Assembly: GCA_047602425.1 (NCBI GenBank)
Contig: JASGHG010000001.1
Location: 4,160,001-4,224,000, forward strand
Direction of reading: 5' to 3'
Length of the DNA stretch: 64,000 bases
From: Nibricoccus sp.
GTDB taxonomy: Bacteria > Verrucomicrobiota > Verrucomicrobiia > Opitutales > Opitutaceae
Below, one piece after another: positions 8,092 to 17,709 of the stretch; within the stretch, counting starts at the first letter, position 1; every line of letters begins with the position of its first letter. The translations under genes and the position numbers were made by a program. Under the pieces are notes generated by a model. The model worked only from the letters and a program-made list of their open reading frames with translations. It did not search any database and had not been told where the DNA came from.

Positions 8092-9783
8092 ATGTCACAA
8101 CCAACGACCAAACCCGACCTCGTCACCGTCAACATCGACGGCAAGGAGATCGCCGTGCCCAAGGGCACGAACGTGATCGAAGCCGCCCGCTTGGTCGGCG
8201 TGGATGTGCCGCACTATTGCTACCACCCTAAACTCACCGTCGTCGGCAATTGCCGCATGTGCCTCGTCGAGATGGGCCTGCCGGCCGTCGATCCTGCAAC
8301 AAAGCAGCCCGTTGTCGATCCAGCCACCGGCAAGCAGAAGATCAATTGGATGCCGCGTCCCCAAATCGGTTGCGGCACCAACGCCATTCCGGGCCTGCAC
8401 ATCCGCACCAACACGCCGCAGATCAAAGACTGCCGCGAGGGCGTGATGGAATTTCTCCTCATCAACCATCCGCTCGACTGCCCGATTTGCGACCAGGCCG
8501 GCGAATGCAAACTTCAGGAGCAGGCGACGGGTTACGGTCGCGGCTACTCGCGCTTCATCGAGCAGAAGAACGTTAAACCGAAGCGCACCCAGCTCGGACC
8601 GCGCGTTACGCTCGACGACGAACGTTGCGTGCTCTGCTCGCGCTGCATCCGCTTCTCCAAGGAAGTCGCGAAGGATGATGTCCTCGGCTTCATCGATCGC
8701 GGCAGCTACTCGACACTGACCTGCTATCCGGGCAAGCAGCTCGAAAATAATTACTCGCTTAACACCGTCGACATCTGCCCGGTCGGCGCGCTTACGAGCA
8801 CGGATTTCCGTTTCAAGATGCGCGTCTGGTTCCTCAAGCAGACGGACAGCATCGACACCGAATCGTCCGTTGGAGCCAACACCGTGGTCTGGTCGCGCGA
8901 AGGCCAGATCTACCGCATCACCCCGCGTCGCAACGATGAGGTCAATGACACCTGGATGGCCGACAGCGGCCGCACGCTCTACAAGCAAGTCCGCGACGAC
9001 AGCCGCCTGACCGCGATCTCAGTCGATGGCCAGCCTGCCAATCTCGACGCCGCGATTTCCGCCGCAGCCGAACTACTCAAAGCCGGCAACGTCGCCGTTG
9101 TCGGTTCCGGTCGCAGTTCGGTCGAAGAACAATTCCTCACAAAAAAAATCGCCGACGCTCTCAAAGCTTCCGCGCAAATCGTTGCACGAGTGGGAGAGGG
9201 CGATAAGATTCTCGTCTCTGCCGACCGCAATCCGAACACGCGTGGCGCACTCGTCACAGGCATGATCGGCCAACCGCCTTCCGCGCAACTCACCGAACTC
9301 GCCGCCTCGATCGACGCTGGCAAAGTGAAAACCGTTCTCGCAATCAACGAGGATCTCGCTGCCGCCGGTCTTTCGGCCGCGCAGCTCGCGAAAATCAAAA
9401 TCGTTTATCTCGGCACGCACGCTGACACAACGTCTGCTGCCGCGCAGGTCGTGATCCCGACGCTCACGGTTTTTGAAAAGAGCGGCACGTTCATCAACCA
9501 GCAGTTCCGCCTCCAGAAATTCAACGCCGCGGTTCCCGGCCTCGCTGGCGCGACCAACGACGTCGTCGTGTTGACCAAGCTGCTTGCCGCTGTCGGTGGC
9601 GCGAAGTTGTTGCCTGATGTTGCCTCGATTTGGGCCGGCCTTTCCTCCGAGGTTAAACCGCTGGCTGGCCTTTCTTTCGCCGCGATTCCCGACACCGGCA
9701 AAATCATCGACGGCTCCGCCTTTGCCGCGCTCGCCTTCCCCGAGGGCGAAACGCTTCATTTTAAACCCGCCGCCAAGGCCTGA
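8092..9783 (+). CDS. nuoG: NADH-quinone oxidoreductase subunit G (short form)
   Basis: HYCYH...GNCRMCLVE, NHPLDCPICDQAGECKLQ and RCVLCSRC...CPVGAL. Confidence 0.95.
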   Translation: MSQPTTKPDLVTVNIDGKEIAVPKGTNVIEAARLVGVDVPHYCYHPKLTVVGNCRMCLVEMGLPAVDPATKQPVVDPATGKQKINWMPRPQIGCGTNAIPGLHIRTNTPQIKDCREGVMEFLLINHPLDCPICDQAGECKLQEQATGYGRGYSRFIEQKNVKPKRTQLGPRVTLDDERCVLCSRCIRFSKEVAKDDVLGFIDRGSYSTLTCYPGKQLENNYSLNTVDICPVGALTSTDFRFKMRVWFLKQTDSIDTESSVGANTVVWSREGQIYRITPRRNDEVNDTWMADSGRTLYKQVRDDSRLTAISVDGQPANLDAAISAAAELLKAGNVAVVGSGRSSVEEQFLTKKIADALKASAQIVARVGEGDKILVSADRNPNTRGALVTGMIGQPPSAQLTELAASIDAGKVKTVLAINEDLAAAGLSAAQLAKIKIVYLGTHADTTSAAAQVVIPTLTVFEKSGTFINQQFRLQKFNAAVPGLAGATNDVVVLTKLLAAVGGAKLLPDVASIWAGLSSEVKPLAGLSFAAIPDTGKIIDGSAFAALAFPEGETLHFKPAAKA

Positions 9784-9787
9784 TTTA

Positions 9788-9939
9788 AACAGAAGATAAC
9801 GAAGAGAACAAAGAAATGGTCCTGAAAAATCACATCGTTTCTCCGCTTTCCACTGTTCTGAAAGGTTCGGCAAAGGTTCTACGGCTTCCTCTGATTTCGC
9901 ATACGAATAACCGCTTCGTTTCCTTTGTTAGCTTCTGTT
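9788..9939. repeat. ACAGAAG-type inverted-arm element (nuoG-nuoH)
   Basis: aacagaagataacgaagagaacaaag ... cttcgtttcctttgttagcttctgtt. Confidence 0.85.
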
Positions 9940-9943
9940 AAAA

Positions 9944-11125
9944 ATGGATTTTTTCTTTCAACTTCCCATCTGGCTCCAAGCTGCGATTAAAGGGCTCGCG
10001 GTGATTCTGGTGATTTTCCCAATTGCGGGCGTTTGCTCGATGGCGGAACGCAAGGTCGCTGCCTGGGTGCAGGATCGTCCCGGCCCGAACCGTGCTATTG
10101 TGCCGTGGGTCGCCTGGATTCCATTCGTCGGAAAGTTCCTCCAGCGTCTCGGCGTGTTTCACGTCATGGCCGACGGCGGCAAGATGCTTTTTAAGGAAGA
10201 CTCCACGCCAGGGCATGTGCACAAGTTCTACTTTATCGCCGCGCCGTTGCTTGCGATGATTCCCGCGCTGACGACCGTTACGGTCGTGCCGTTTGGTGCC
10301 TACTTCGACGAGGTGGGTAAAATCATCCCGCTTGTCCTCGCTAATCTCGACGTCGGCTTGCTGGCGGTGTTCGCGATTTCCTCGCTTGGCGTTTACTCGC
10401 TGATTCTGGCCGGTTGGGCGTCGAACTCAAAATACCCCTTCCTCGGCAGCGTGCGCGCTTCGGCTCAGCTTATTTCATACGAACTCTCGATGACGCTGGC
10501 GGTGCTTCCAGTTTTCCTTTGGGTCAATGCGCCTGGTGAGGCTGGCACGTTGGGCCTCGGTCGCGTAGTCGAGTTCCAAAGCGGCACGTGGCACGGTTTG
10601 ACCTCAGCTTCCTGGGGTGGCGCTTGGTTCGGCTTCTTGATGCCGATCTCGGCCTTCATCTTTCTTGTCTGCCTGTTTGCCGAGACGAACCGCCAGCCAT
10701 TCGATACCATTGAATCCGAAGCCGATCTCGTCGGTTCGTTCCATACCGAATACGGCGCCTTCAAATGGGGCTTGTTCTTCGTGGCGGAGTATTCGCACAT
10801 GATCGTGGGTTCGGGCATTTTCATGCTGTTGTTTTGCGGCGGTTGGAACCCGTTGCCTTGGCTCCCGCTCGGGACCGTCGTCGAATGGCTACACCACGTA
10901 ACCGGCTGGGCTTTTACGATTCACCCGCTTTTCGTTGGCCTTCTTTCCATCGCCATCTTCCTCGGGAAGGTACTGGCGATGATTTTCTTCTTCATGTGGA
11001 TCCGCTGGACGGTTCCGCGTTTCCGTTACGACCAAGTGATGAAGATCGGCTGGCGCATTCTGCTGCCGCTTTCCATCGCCAACCTTCTCGTCTACGCGAT
11101 CGCCATCGCGCTCATTCAAAAATAG
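9944..11125 (+). CDS. nuoH: NADH-quinone oxidoreductase subunit H
   Basis: ERKV.A..QDR.GPNR, GWASNSKY, AETNR.PFD..E.E.DLV and PRFRYDQ. Confidence 0.96.
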   Translation: MDFFFQLPIWLQAAIKGLAVILVIFPIAGVCSMAERKVAAWVQDRPGPNRAIVPWVAWIPFVGKFLQRLGVFHVMADGGKMLFKEDSTPGHVHKFYFIAAPLLAMIPALTTVTVVPFGAYFDEVGKIIPLVLANLDVGLLAVFAISSLGVYSLILAGWASNSKYPFLGSVRASAQLISYELSMTLAVLPVFLWVNAPGEAGTLGLGRVVEFQSGTWHGLTSASWGGAWFGFLMPISAFIFLVCLFAETNRQPFDTIESEADLVGSFHTEYGAFKWGLFFVAEYSHMIVGSGIFMLLFCGGWNPLPWLPLGTVVEWLHHVTGWAFTIHPLFVGLLSIAIFLGKVLAMIFFFMWIRWTVPRFRYDQVMKIGWRILLPLSIANLLVYAIAIALIQK

Positions 11126-11137
11126 GAATCTTTCGCC

Positions 11138-11677
11138 ATGGCCGTTGTCCCTCTTGAACGAAAACCTCTGACGCTCGCCGAGCGCACCTACCTGCCGCAG
11201 ATTATGCAGGGATTGAAGACCACGATGAAACACCTCGTGGCCAAGCCGGTGACACTCGAATATCCGGAGCAGCGTCCGGTGATCCCGCCCGGCTACCGCG
11301 GCGTGCCGACCTTGGTCAAAGATCCAAATGGTCGTGAAAAATGCGTTTCGTGCCAGCTCTGCGAATTTGTTTGTCCGCCAAAAGCCATTCGCATCACGCC
11401 GGGCGAAATTCCCTTCGACGCGCCCAACGCCCACGTCGAGAAGGCACCCAAGGAATTCGACATCGACATGCTGCGCTGCATTTACTGCGGCATGTGCCAG
11501 GAGGTTTGCCCTGAAGAGGCGATCTGGCTGCAAAATCAGTTTTCGATGACCGGCCTCTCGCGCGAAGAGATGATCAATCACAAGGACCGGCTCTACGAGC
11601 TTGGCGGCACGCTGCCGGACGAACATCGCAAATGGGACAAAAAGAAAGCCGCCGAGGAGCACGGCAACGAACATTGA
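11138..11677 (+). CDS. nuoI: NADH-quinone oxidoreductase subunit I
   Basis: Two CxxCxxCxxxCP 4Fe-4S motifs and TLEYPE. Confidence 0.96.
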   Translation: MAVVPLERKPLTLAERTYLPQIMQGLKTTMKHLVAKPVTLEYPEQRPVIPPGYRGVPTLVKDPNGREKCVSCQLCEFVCPPKAIRITPGEIPFDAPNAHVEKAPKEFDIDMLRCIYCGMCQEVCPEEAIWLQNQFSMTGLSREEMINHKDRLYELGGTLPDEHRKWDKKKAAEEHGNEH

Positions 11678-11689
11678 TTTTTATGACGA

Positions 11690-11800
11690 GTTACACAGAG
11701 AACACGAAGGACGCACGGAGAGCACAGAGAACCATTCTGATGCCCTGTGTTATTGGTGACCTCCGCGTCTCCTCTGAGGACTCTGTGTAACCATTCCGAA
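11690..11800. repeat. GTTACACAGAG-terminated inverted-arm element (nuoI-nuoJ)
   Basis: Perfect 11-bp terminal IR gttacacagag/ctctgtgtaac followed by cattccgaa; sister copy at 52318-52483. Confidence 0.85.
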
Positions 11801-11812
11801 GCTTTTCGTTTC

Positions 11813-12322
11813 ATGCCGAATTTTCTCTTCTACCTTTTCTCCGCGCTTACGGTCGGCTCCGCCCTTGCAGTGGTGTTCAACAAAAACACCGTGAACGCCG
11901 CTGTGTGTCTTTTACTCAGTTTGCTCGGAGTTGCCGGCATCTTCGCCTTGCTCGACGCGCTTTTGCTCTCCGCCTTGCTGATCCTCGTCTACGCCGGAGC
12001 GGTCGTGGCGCTCTTCCTTTTCATCGTCATGCTGCTCAAACCGCAGACTGAAACCAAAAAGCCATACAAAAAGATTTCTTTCATCGCAGGAACGTTGGCC
12101 GCCGCGCTGCTCGGACTGGGCGTCTATAGTTTTGTCTCACGCAGTCAGTTCTCCTCGGCTCCCGCCGCTGAAGCTTTTAGCGCCGGTCTCAAGGAATACG
12201 GCGCGAAACTTTTCACCACCTATCTGCTGCCAGTTCAGGTCGTCGGCTTTCTGCTGCTCGTGGCGATGCTCGGCGTGATCGTGCTCAGCAAGAAATATGA
12301 AGAACAGGAGGAGACCAAATGA
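11813..12322 (+). CDS. nuoJ: NADH-quinone oxidoreductase subunit J
   Basis: Hydrophobic, [16 protein letters not shown]; operon position. Start set at the ATG at 11813. Confidence 0.93.
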   Translation: MPNFLFYLFSALTVGSALAVVFNKNTVNAAVCLLLSLLGVAGIFALLDALLLSALLILVYAGAVVALFLFIVMLLKPQTETKKPYKKISFIAGTLAAALLGLGVYSFVSRSQFSSAPAAEAFSAGLKEYGAKLFTTYLLPVQVVGFLLLVAMLGVIVLSKKYEEQEETK

Positions 12323-12624
12323 CCATCGGGCTAAATGAATACCTGATTCTCAGCGCGCTGCTCTTTGCCGTCGGTTTCTTCGGCGTGCTGGTGCGCAAGA
12401 ACACGCTCGTGATCTACATGTGCCTCGAAATGATGTTGGTCGCGTCGACCATCGCGCTTGTCGCGTTTTCACGTTTCAACGGCACCCTCGATGGCAATGT
12501 GTTCGTCTTTTTCATTCTCACTGTGGCTGCGGCCGAGGTCGCCGTCGGCCTTGCCATTATCGTCGCGCTTTTCCGCAAACGTGGCTCCGTTCAAGTCGAA
12601 GATCTTAACGCGCTGAAAAACTAA
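12319..12624 (+). CDS. nuoK: NADH-quinone oxidoreductase subunit K
   Basis: MCLEMML and [12 protein letters not shown]. Confidence 0.96.
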   Translation: MTIGLNEYLILSALLFAVGFFGVLVRKNTLVIYMCLEMMLVASTIALVAFSRFNGTLDGNVFVFFILTVAAAEVAVGLAIIVALFRKRGSVQVEDLNALKN

Positions 12625-12627
12625 ACC

Positions 12628-14523
12628 ATGGCGCCCCTCCAACTCGCACTTCTCGTTCTCCTGTTGCCGCTCGCTTCGGCGGCGATCATCGCGCTTTTCC
12701 TGCGTCGGCAGGGCACGCTGGCGTCGTCCATTTCGGTGGGCGCCTGTGCCGCGCTGGCCGTCGCGGCGCTCAAGCTTGTTTTTGGCGATCATCGCTTCGC
12801 CTCTTCCGTTTCGTGGATGGAACTGGGCGGTTGGACGCTTTCGCTGGGTTTTAAATTCGACGATCTCGCCGCGCTCATGCTGGCGATCGTCGCGATTGTC
12901 GGACTCTGCGTTCATGTGTTTTCGCTGGGCTACATGCACGAGGACGGCGCAAAAGCGCGTTATTTTGGCGGACTTTCTGTCTTCATGTTTTCGATGCTCG
13001 GCATCGTTTTTGCCGACAATCTTTTCATGATGTTTATCTTTTGGGAGCTGGTTGGTTTTAGCTCCTGGTTGTTGATCAATCATTTTCATGAAAAGCAGTC
13101 GGCCGCGGACGCGTCGAAAAAGGCATTCATCGTCAATCGGGTGGGCGACTTTGGTTTCCTGATCGGCATCATCTGGTGCTACGCGGCGCTCGGAACCGTG
13201 AATTTAAGCGAAATCGCGATCAAGCTGCCAATAGGCTCGGTGATTACGCCAGCGATTCCGATCCTTCTTTTCTGCGGCGCGGTCGGCAAATCCGCACAAA
13301 TGCCGCTGCACGTCTGGTTGCCCGACGCGATGGAAGGCCCGACGCCCGTTTCCGCACTCATCCATGCTGCGACGATGGTCGCCGCCGGTATCTACATGCT
13401 TTGCCGGATCGAGCCTCTTTTTGCGGCTGCTCCAGCCGCATTGAACGTGGTGATGTGGATTGGTGTGGCTACGGCCGTTTACGCCGCGCTTTGTGCGGTC
13501 ACCCAGAGCGATATCAAAAAAGTTCTCGCGTATTCAACGCTGTCACAACTCGGTTACATGGTGGCGGCGTTCGGTTTGGGGCGTCTCCACGAGGTCCAGG
13601 AAACCGATCAAGGGAAAGTGAACGTTCTGCTGCTCGCCGGTGCCGGGGCGGCCATGTTTCACCTGATGACGCACGCCTTCTTCAAGGCGCTCTTGTTCCT
13701 TGGCTCAGGTTCGGTCATTCACGGCTGCCATCACGAACAAAACATTTTCAAAATGGGCGGACTGGCGAAAAAGATGAAGCTCACCTTCGCGACCTTCACC
13801 ATCGGAGTTCTGGCGATCATTGGAACACCTCTGCTGTCGGGGTTCTTCTCGAAGGATACCATTTTGCTGCTCGCCTTTGAAAAGAACCGGCTGGTTTTTG
13901 GCCTGCTGGCATTCACCGCGGTTTTGACCTCTTTCTACATGGTTCGGCTTTGGAAGCTGGTTTTCCTTGGCAAGCCCCGTGGCGAAAGTGCCGAACACGC
14001 GCATGAAAGCGGCTTCTCCATGATTATCCCGCTGGTCATTTTGGCCCTGCTCGCGATTACCGCTGGCTGGCCCGAGGTGCTCGATTTGAGATGCTTCCGC
14101 ACGATTTTCGACGAGGTTCCCAATGGCCACAACCATGAACACGCCCACCACGTTGTCTTCACTATCAGTTTGATCGTGGTGTTTGTGGGCGCGTTGAGCG
14201 CTTACCTTTTCTACAAACCGGAAGGGAAGGACACCTTGGCGGCAAAGAGCCCGGGCCTGTTTAGCGGGCTGGCGTTGCTCAAGGCTTCGCCAGATGAGAT
14301 TTTCAATTACTACGTCAAAAAGGTGCAGGACCGGTTCGCCCTGGTCATTAACTTTATCGATAACGTCGTTCTTGCCCGGTTGATCGTGGGCGGCTTGGCG
14401 GGTTTTGTCGGCCTGATCAGTCTGGGGGCGCGTGCCCTCTACGTCGGGAGCCTGCATGCCTATGTCTACTGGTTTTTGATCGGCGCGGCGCTGGTCTGGG
14501 GATTTGCGGCTGGAATTTTCTAA
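12628..14523 (+). CDS. nuoL: NADH-quinone oxidoreductase subunit L
   Basis: KAFIVNRVGD, GKSAQ.PLHVWLPDAMEGPTPVSALIHAATMV and HAFFKALLFL. Confidence 0.97.
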   Translation: MAPLQLALLVLLLPLASAAIIALFLRRQGTLASSISVGACAALAVAALKLVFGDHRFASSVSWMELGGWTLSLGFKFDDLAALMLAIVAIVGLCVHVFSLGYMHEDGAKARYFGGLSVFMFSMLGIVFADNLFMMFIFWELVGFSSWLLINHFHEKQSAADASKKAFIVNRVGDFGFLIGIIWCYAALGTVNLSEIAIKLPIGSVITPAIPILLFCGAVGKSAQMPLHVWLPDAMEGPTPVSALIHAATMVAAGIYMLCRIEPLFAAAPAALNVVMWIGVATAVYAALCAVTQSDIKKVLAYSTLSQLGYMVAAFGLGRLHEVQETDQGKVNVLLLAGAGAAMFHLMTHAFFKALLFLGSGSVIHGCHHEQNIFKMGGLAKKMKLTFATFTIGVLAIIGTPLLSGFFSKDTILLLAFEKNRLVFGLLAFTAVLTSFYMVRLWKLVFLGKPRGESAEHAHESGFSMIIPLVILALLAITAGWPEVLDLRCFRTIFDEVPNGHNHEHAHHVVFTISLIVVFVGALSAYLFYKPEGKDTLAAKSPGLFSGLALLKASPDEIFNYYVKKVQDRFALVINFIDNVVLARLIVGGLAGFVGLISLGARALYVGSLHAYVYWFLIGAALVWGFAAGIF

Positions 14524-14535
14524 TCGGACAACGCG

Positions 14536-16071
14536 ATGACCACTTGCCCTTTTGATCTTATTTTCCTCTCGATCGTGACACCGCTGGCGGTGGCCGTTGT
14601 GATCGCGCTCGGCCTGCCCAAGGCTTGGGCAACCAAGCTTGCCTACGTCGGCTTCGGCCTTCCGGCCATCATTGCGATTTCTTTGTGGGCGCAATTTTCT
14701 TCGGCGACTCAGGTTGATACTTATGCCTTCAAAACGGTTTATGAAACCGGGTTGGGCAGTCTTGGCATCAGATTGATGCTTGGCCTCAACGGCATTTCGC
14801 TGCCGCTCTTTGTGTTGGCGGGGCTGGTTGGTTTGGCGGCCGGACTGTACGCGATCCATTCAGGCGCAGAACGGCTGAAACTTTACCTCACGCTGCTCCT
14901 CGTGATGCAGGGCGGATTGATGGGCGTGTTCGCGTCGATCGACGTTTTCTTCTTCTATTTCTTCCACGAACTCGCGCTGATTCCGACCTTCATCATGGTC
15001 GGCATCTGGGGTGGACGCGACCGCAACTACGCGGCAATGAAGATGACGATTTATCTCACGCTGGGTGCGATGCTGTCGCTGATCGGCTTGATCGCGATCT
15101 ATGTGAAGAGCGGTGCGGAAACCTTCGACCTTATTTCGCTGCGTCACGTGCTTCTCGCGAATCCGTTACCGGTCTTTGCGCAGAAAAATATTTTCGGTTT
15201 GCTCATGTTTGGCTTTGGCATCCTGGTTTCGCTCTGGCCGCTGCACACCTGGGCGCCGCTCGGCTACGGTGCCGCACCGAGCTCGGCCGCGATGTTGCAC
15301 GCAGGCGTGTTGAAGAAGTTCGGCCTTTACGGCCTGATCCAGATTGCATTGCCCTTGCTCCCCCTTGGCCTTGGTCCTTGGAAGTGGGTGTTGGTCACGC
15401 TGGCGTTGGGAAATATTCTCGTCATCGGTTTTGTGACGATCGCTCAGCGCGACCTTAAGCAAATGATCGGTTTTAGCTCGGTCATGCACATGGGTTATGC
15501 GTTTCTCGGCGTGGCGGCGTTTTCAGTCGTGGGTGCCGGCGGTGTGGTGCTCATGATGGTGGCGCACGGACTTTCGGTGGCGCTGCTCTTTCTGCTTGCG
15601 ACGAGTATTTACGATCGCACGCAGACCTTCGATCTCGGGCAAATGGGCGGACTTGCGCAAAAGACCCCCGTGCTTGCGGCCTTTTTCGTCGCCGCGACCT
15701 TTGCGAGCATCGGCCTGCCGGGCTTCGCCAACTTCTGGGGCGAACTCGCGATTTTTGTTTCGCTGTGGACGCTTTCGCCGTGCGTTGCGGGCTGCGCGAT
15801 TGCAGGTGTGGTGATTTCTGCGATCTACGGATTGCGCGCGGCCGCCAACGTTTTCTTTGGCCAGCCGACGGAGGTGTTCTCAAAGCAGGCAGCAGGACAA
15901 CCGATTGTCGATTTGCGTTGGAGCGAAAAGTTGCCCGCGATCGTTTTGCTGGCTGCATTGCTCTTTGTCGGTTTCTGGCCGAAGTCGATCTCGACCTCGC
16001 TCAACGGCGCCCTGCAGGCCATTTACCCCGCCGCGACTCACGCAGCCACGACCGCCGTGGCCAATAAATAA
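14536..16071 (+). CDS. nuoM: NADH-quinone oxidoreductase subunit M
   Basis: FFHEL.LIP, WPLHTW.P, DLK..I.FSSV.HMG and GLPG..NF.GE. Confidence 0.95.
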   Translation: MTTCPFDLIFLSIVTPLAVAVVIALGLPKAWATKLAYVGFGLPAIIAISLWAQFSSATQVDTYAFKTVYETGLGSLGIRLMLGLNGISLPLFVLAGLVGLAAGLYAIHSGAERLKLYLTLLLVMQGGLMGVFASIDVFFFYFFHELALIPTFIMVGIWGGRDRNYAAMKMTIYLTLGAMLSLIGLIAIYVKSGAETFDLISLRHVLLANPLPVFAQKNIFGLLMFGFGILVSLWPLHTWAPLGYGAAPSSAAMLHAGVLKKFGLYGLIQIALPLLPLGLGPWKWVLVTLALGNILVIGFVTIAQRDLKQMIGFSSVMHMGYAFLGVAAFSVVGAGGVVLMMVAHGLSVALLFLLATSIYDRTQTFDLGQMGGLAQKTPVLAAFFVAATFASIGLPGFANFWGELAIFVSLWTLSPCVAGCAIAGVVISAIYGLRAAANVFFGQPTEVFSKQAAGQPIVDLRWSEKLPAIVLLAALLFVGFWPKSISTSLNGALQAIYPAATHAATTAVANK

Positions 16072-16082
16072 TTTTCGCCGAG

Positions 16083-17603
16083 ATGAATCCCGAAGAACTA
16101 ACCAGAATCGCCGAATCCAACCAATGGCTCGCCATTGTCCCCGAGATATCGCTCGGGTGTCTCGCCTTGGCGTTGTTGGTGCTGGAAATGCTGCTGCCCA
16201 AAAAGGAGCACGGTGCGATCCCGGCAACCTGCCTTGCGGGTCTTCTGGGTGCGCTCGCAGGTTTATTCATCAACTACCGCACGCCCTTCCTCGACCAGGC
16301 GATATTTGGCGGAATGCTGAGGCTGTCGGCAACCGGCCAGTTCATGCGCGTGTTTTTCCTGCTGACGGCGATCCTTGTCACCTGGTTGGGCATGGCTGCC
16401 TTCAAGAAGCAGAAGCTGCCGCGCGTGGAATTTTTTCACATCGTGCTGGTCGTGACGGCGGCGATGATGCTGCTCGCGCAGAGTAATGACTTCGTGATGT
16501 TCTTCGTCGCGCTCGAAACGATCACGGTGGGTTTCTATGTGCTGGTTAGCTATTTCCGCAACAATGCGCTTTCGCTTGAGGCCGGCCTCAAATATTTGAT
16601 CACTGGCGCGCTCAGCTCGGGCATCATGCTTTTCGGCATCGTGTTGCTCTACGGCGTGGCGGGCAACAAGGGCCTGCCCGGGGCCTCGTCGATTTCAATG
16701 AACTTTGGCGCCTTGCAGGCGTTCCTCGAAGCCAATCCCAACAATTTTATCGCGAGCGTGGGCATCGTTCTCGTGCTTTCGGGCGTCGCCTTTAAAATTG
16801 GTGCAGTGCCGTTCCAGATTTGGATTCCCGATGTTTACCAAGGTGCACCGACGCCTGTGACCGCTCTTCTCGCCGTCGGATCAAAAGCCGCCGGTTTTGC
16901 GATTCTCATGGTACTCACCCAAGTGTTCGGCGCGTATCAGAACCTGGTGGAGTCGCTTCTCGCCCTCCTGGCGGCAGTGACGATCATCCTTGGAAATCTC
17001 GGTGCGCTCACGCAGCACAACGTCAAGCGCCTCATGGGACTCTCTGGCGTATCGCACGCCGGCTACCTTTTGCTGGGGGTGATTGCCGCCAATTCCATTC
17101 CACAGGCGGCCGACGCGGTGAACTTCTATCTTGTGGTCTACCTTTTTGCCTCTTTTGCCGTGTTCGGCGTGATGACCCATCTTGCCGGCCCCAACGACGC
17201 GGATCAGGAAATGGAGCACTATACCGATCTCGCACGCCGGCATCCGTTCTACGCCGCTGTGCTGGCGATTGGGCTTGGTTCGCTCGCGGGCATCCCACCG
17301 CTCGCGGGATTTATCGGCAAACTGCTCATCTTCATCGCGGCGTTCAAGGCCGGGCTATTCTGGCTGCTCGCCGTGGCGATTCTGGGCGTGGTCGTTTCGA
17401 TCTATTATTATTTCGGCTGGATCAAGGCCGCGTATTTTTCGCCGCGAAAATTGAATTCTGCCGAGGCCCCGGTGGAACCCGATACAGCCGAAGCGGCGCC
17501 GATCAATGTTGCCACGGTTGCTGTGCTTGCGCTTCTCGCCTTTGCCTCGGTCTTACTTGGCTTCTTCCAGACGCCGTTGACGGCTTGGATCGCGAAATTG
17601 TAG
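16083..17603 (+). CDS. nuoN: NADH-quinone oxidoreductase subunit N
   Basis: EAGLKY, FKIGAVPF..W.PDVYQGAPTP and SLAGIPP.AGF.GK. Confidence 0.96.
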   Translation: MNPEELTRIAESNQWLAIVPEISLGCLALALLVLEMLLPKKEHGAIPATCLAGLLGALAGLFINYRTPFLDQAIFGGMLRLSATGQFMRVFFLLTAILVTWLGMAAFKKQKLPRVEFFHIVLVVTAAMMLLAQSNDFVMFFVALETITVGFYVLVSYFRNNALSLEAGLKYLITGALSSGIMLFGIVLLYGVAGNKGLPGASSISMNFGALQAFLEANPNNFIASVGIVLVLSGVAFKIGAVPFQIWIPDVYQGAPTPVTALLAVGSKAAGFAILMVLTQVFGAYQNLVESLLALLAAVTIILGNLGALTQHNVKRLMGLSGVSHAGYLLLGVIAANSIPQAADAVNFYLVVYLFASFAVFGVMTHLAGPNDADQEMEHYTDLARRHPFYAAVLAIGLGSLAGIPPLAGFIGKLLIFIAAFKAGLFWLLAVAILGVVVSIYYYFGWIKAAYFSPRKLNSAEAPVEPDTAEAAPINVATVAVLALLAFASVLLGFFQTPLTAWIAKL

Positions 17604-17709
17604 GCCACGTGCTGGCGGGCGACCAGCACGACGACGTCGGCATTCTGCAAATTTCCCGCTTCGTGCTTGGCGTGATGCGCGCTTTGCGTGAAAACATCCA
17701 CACCGCCGC

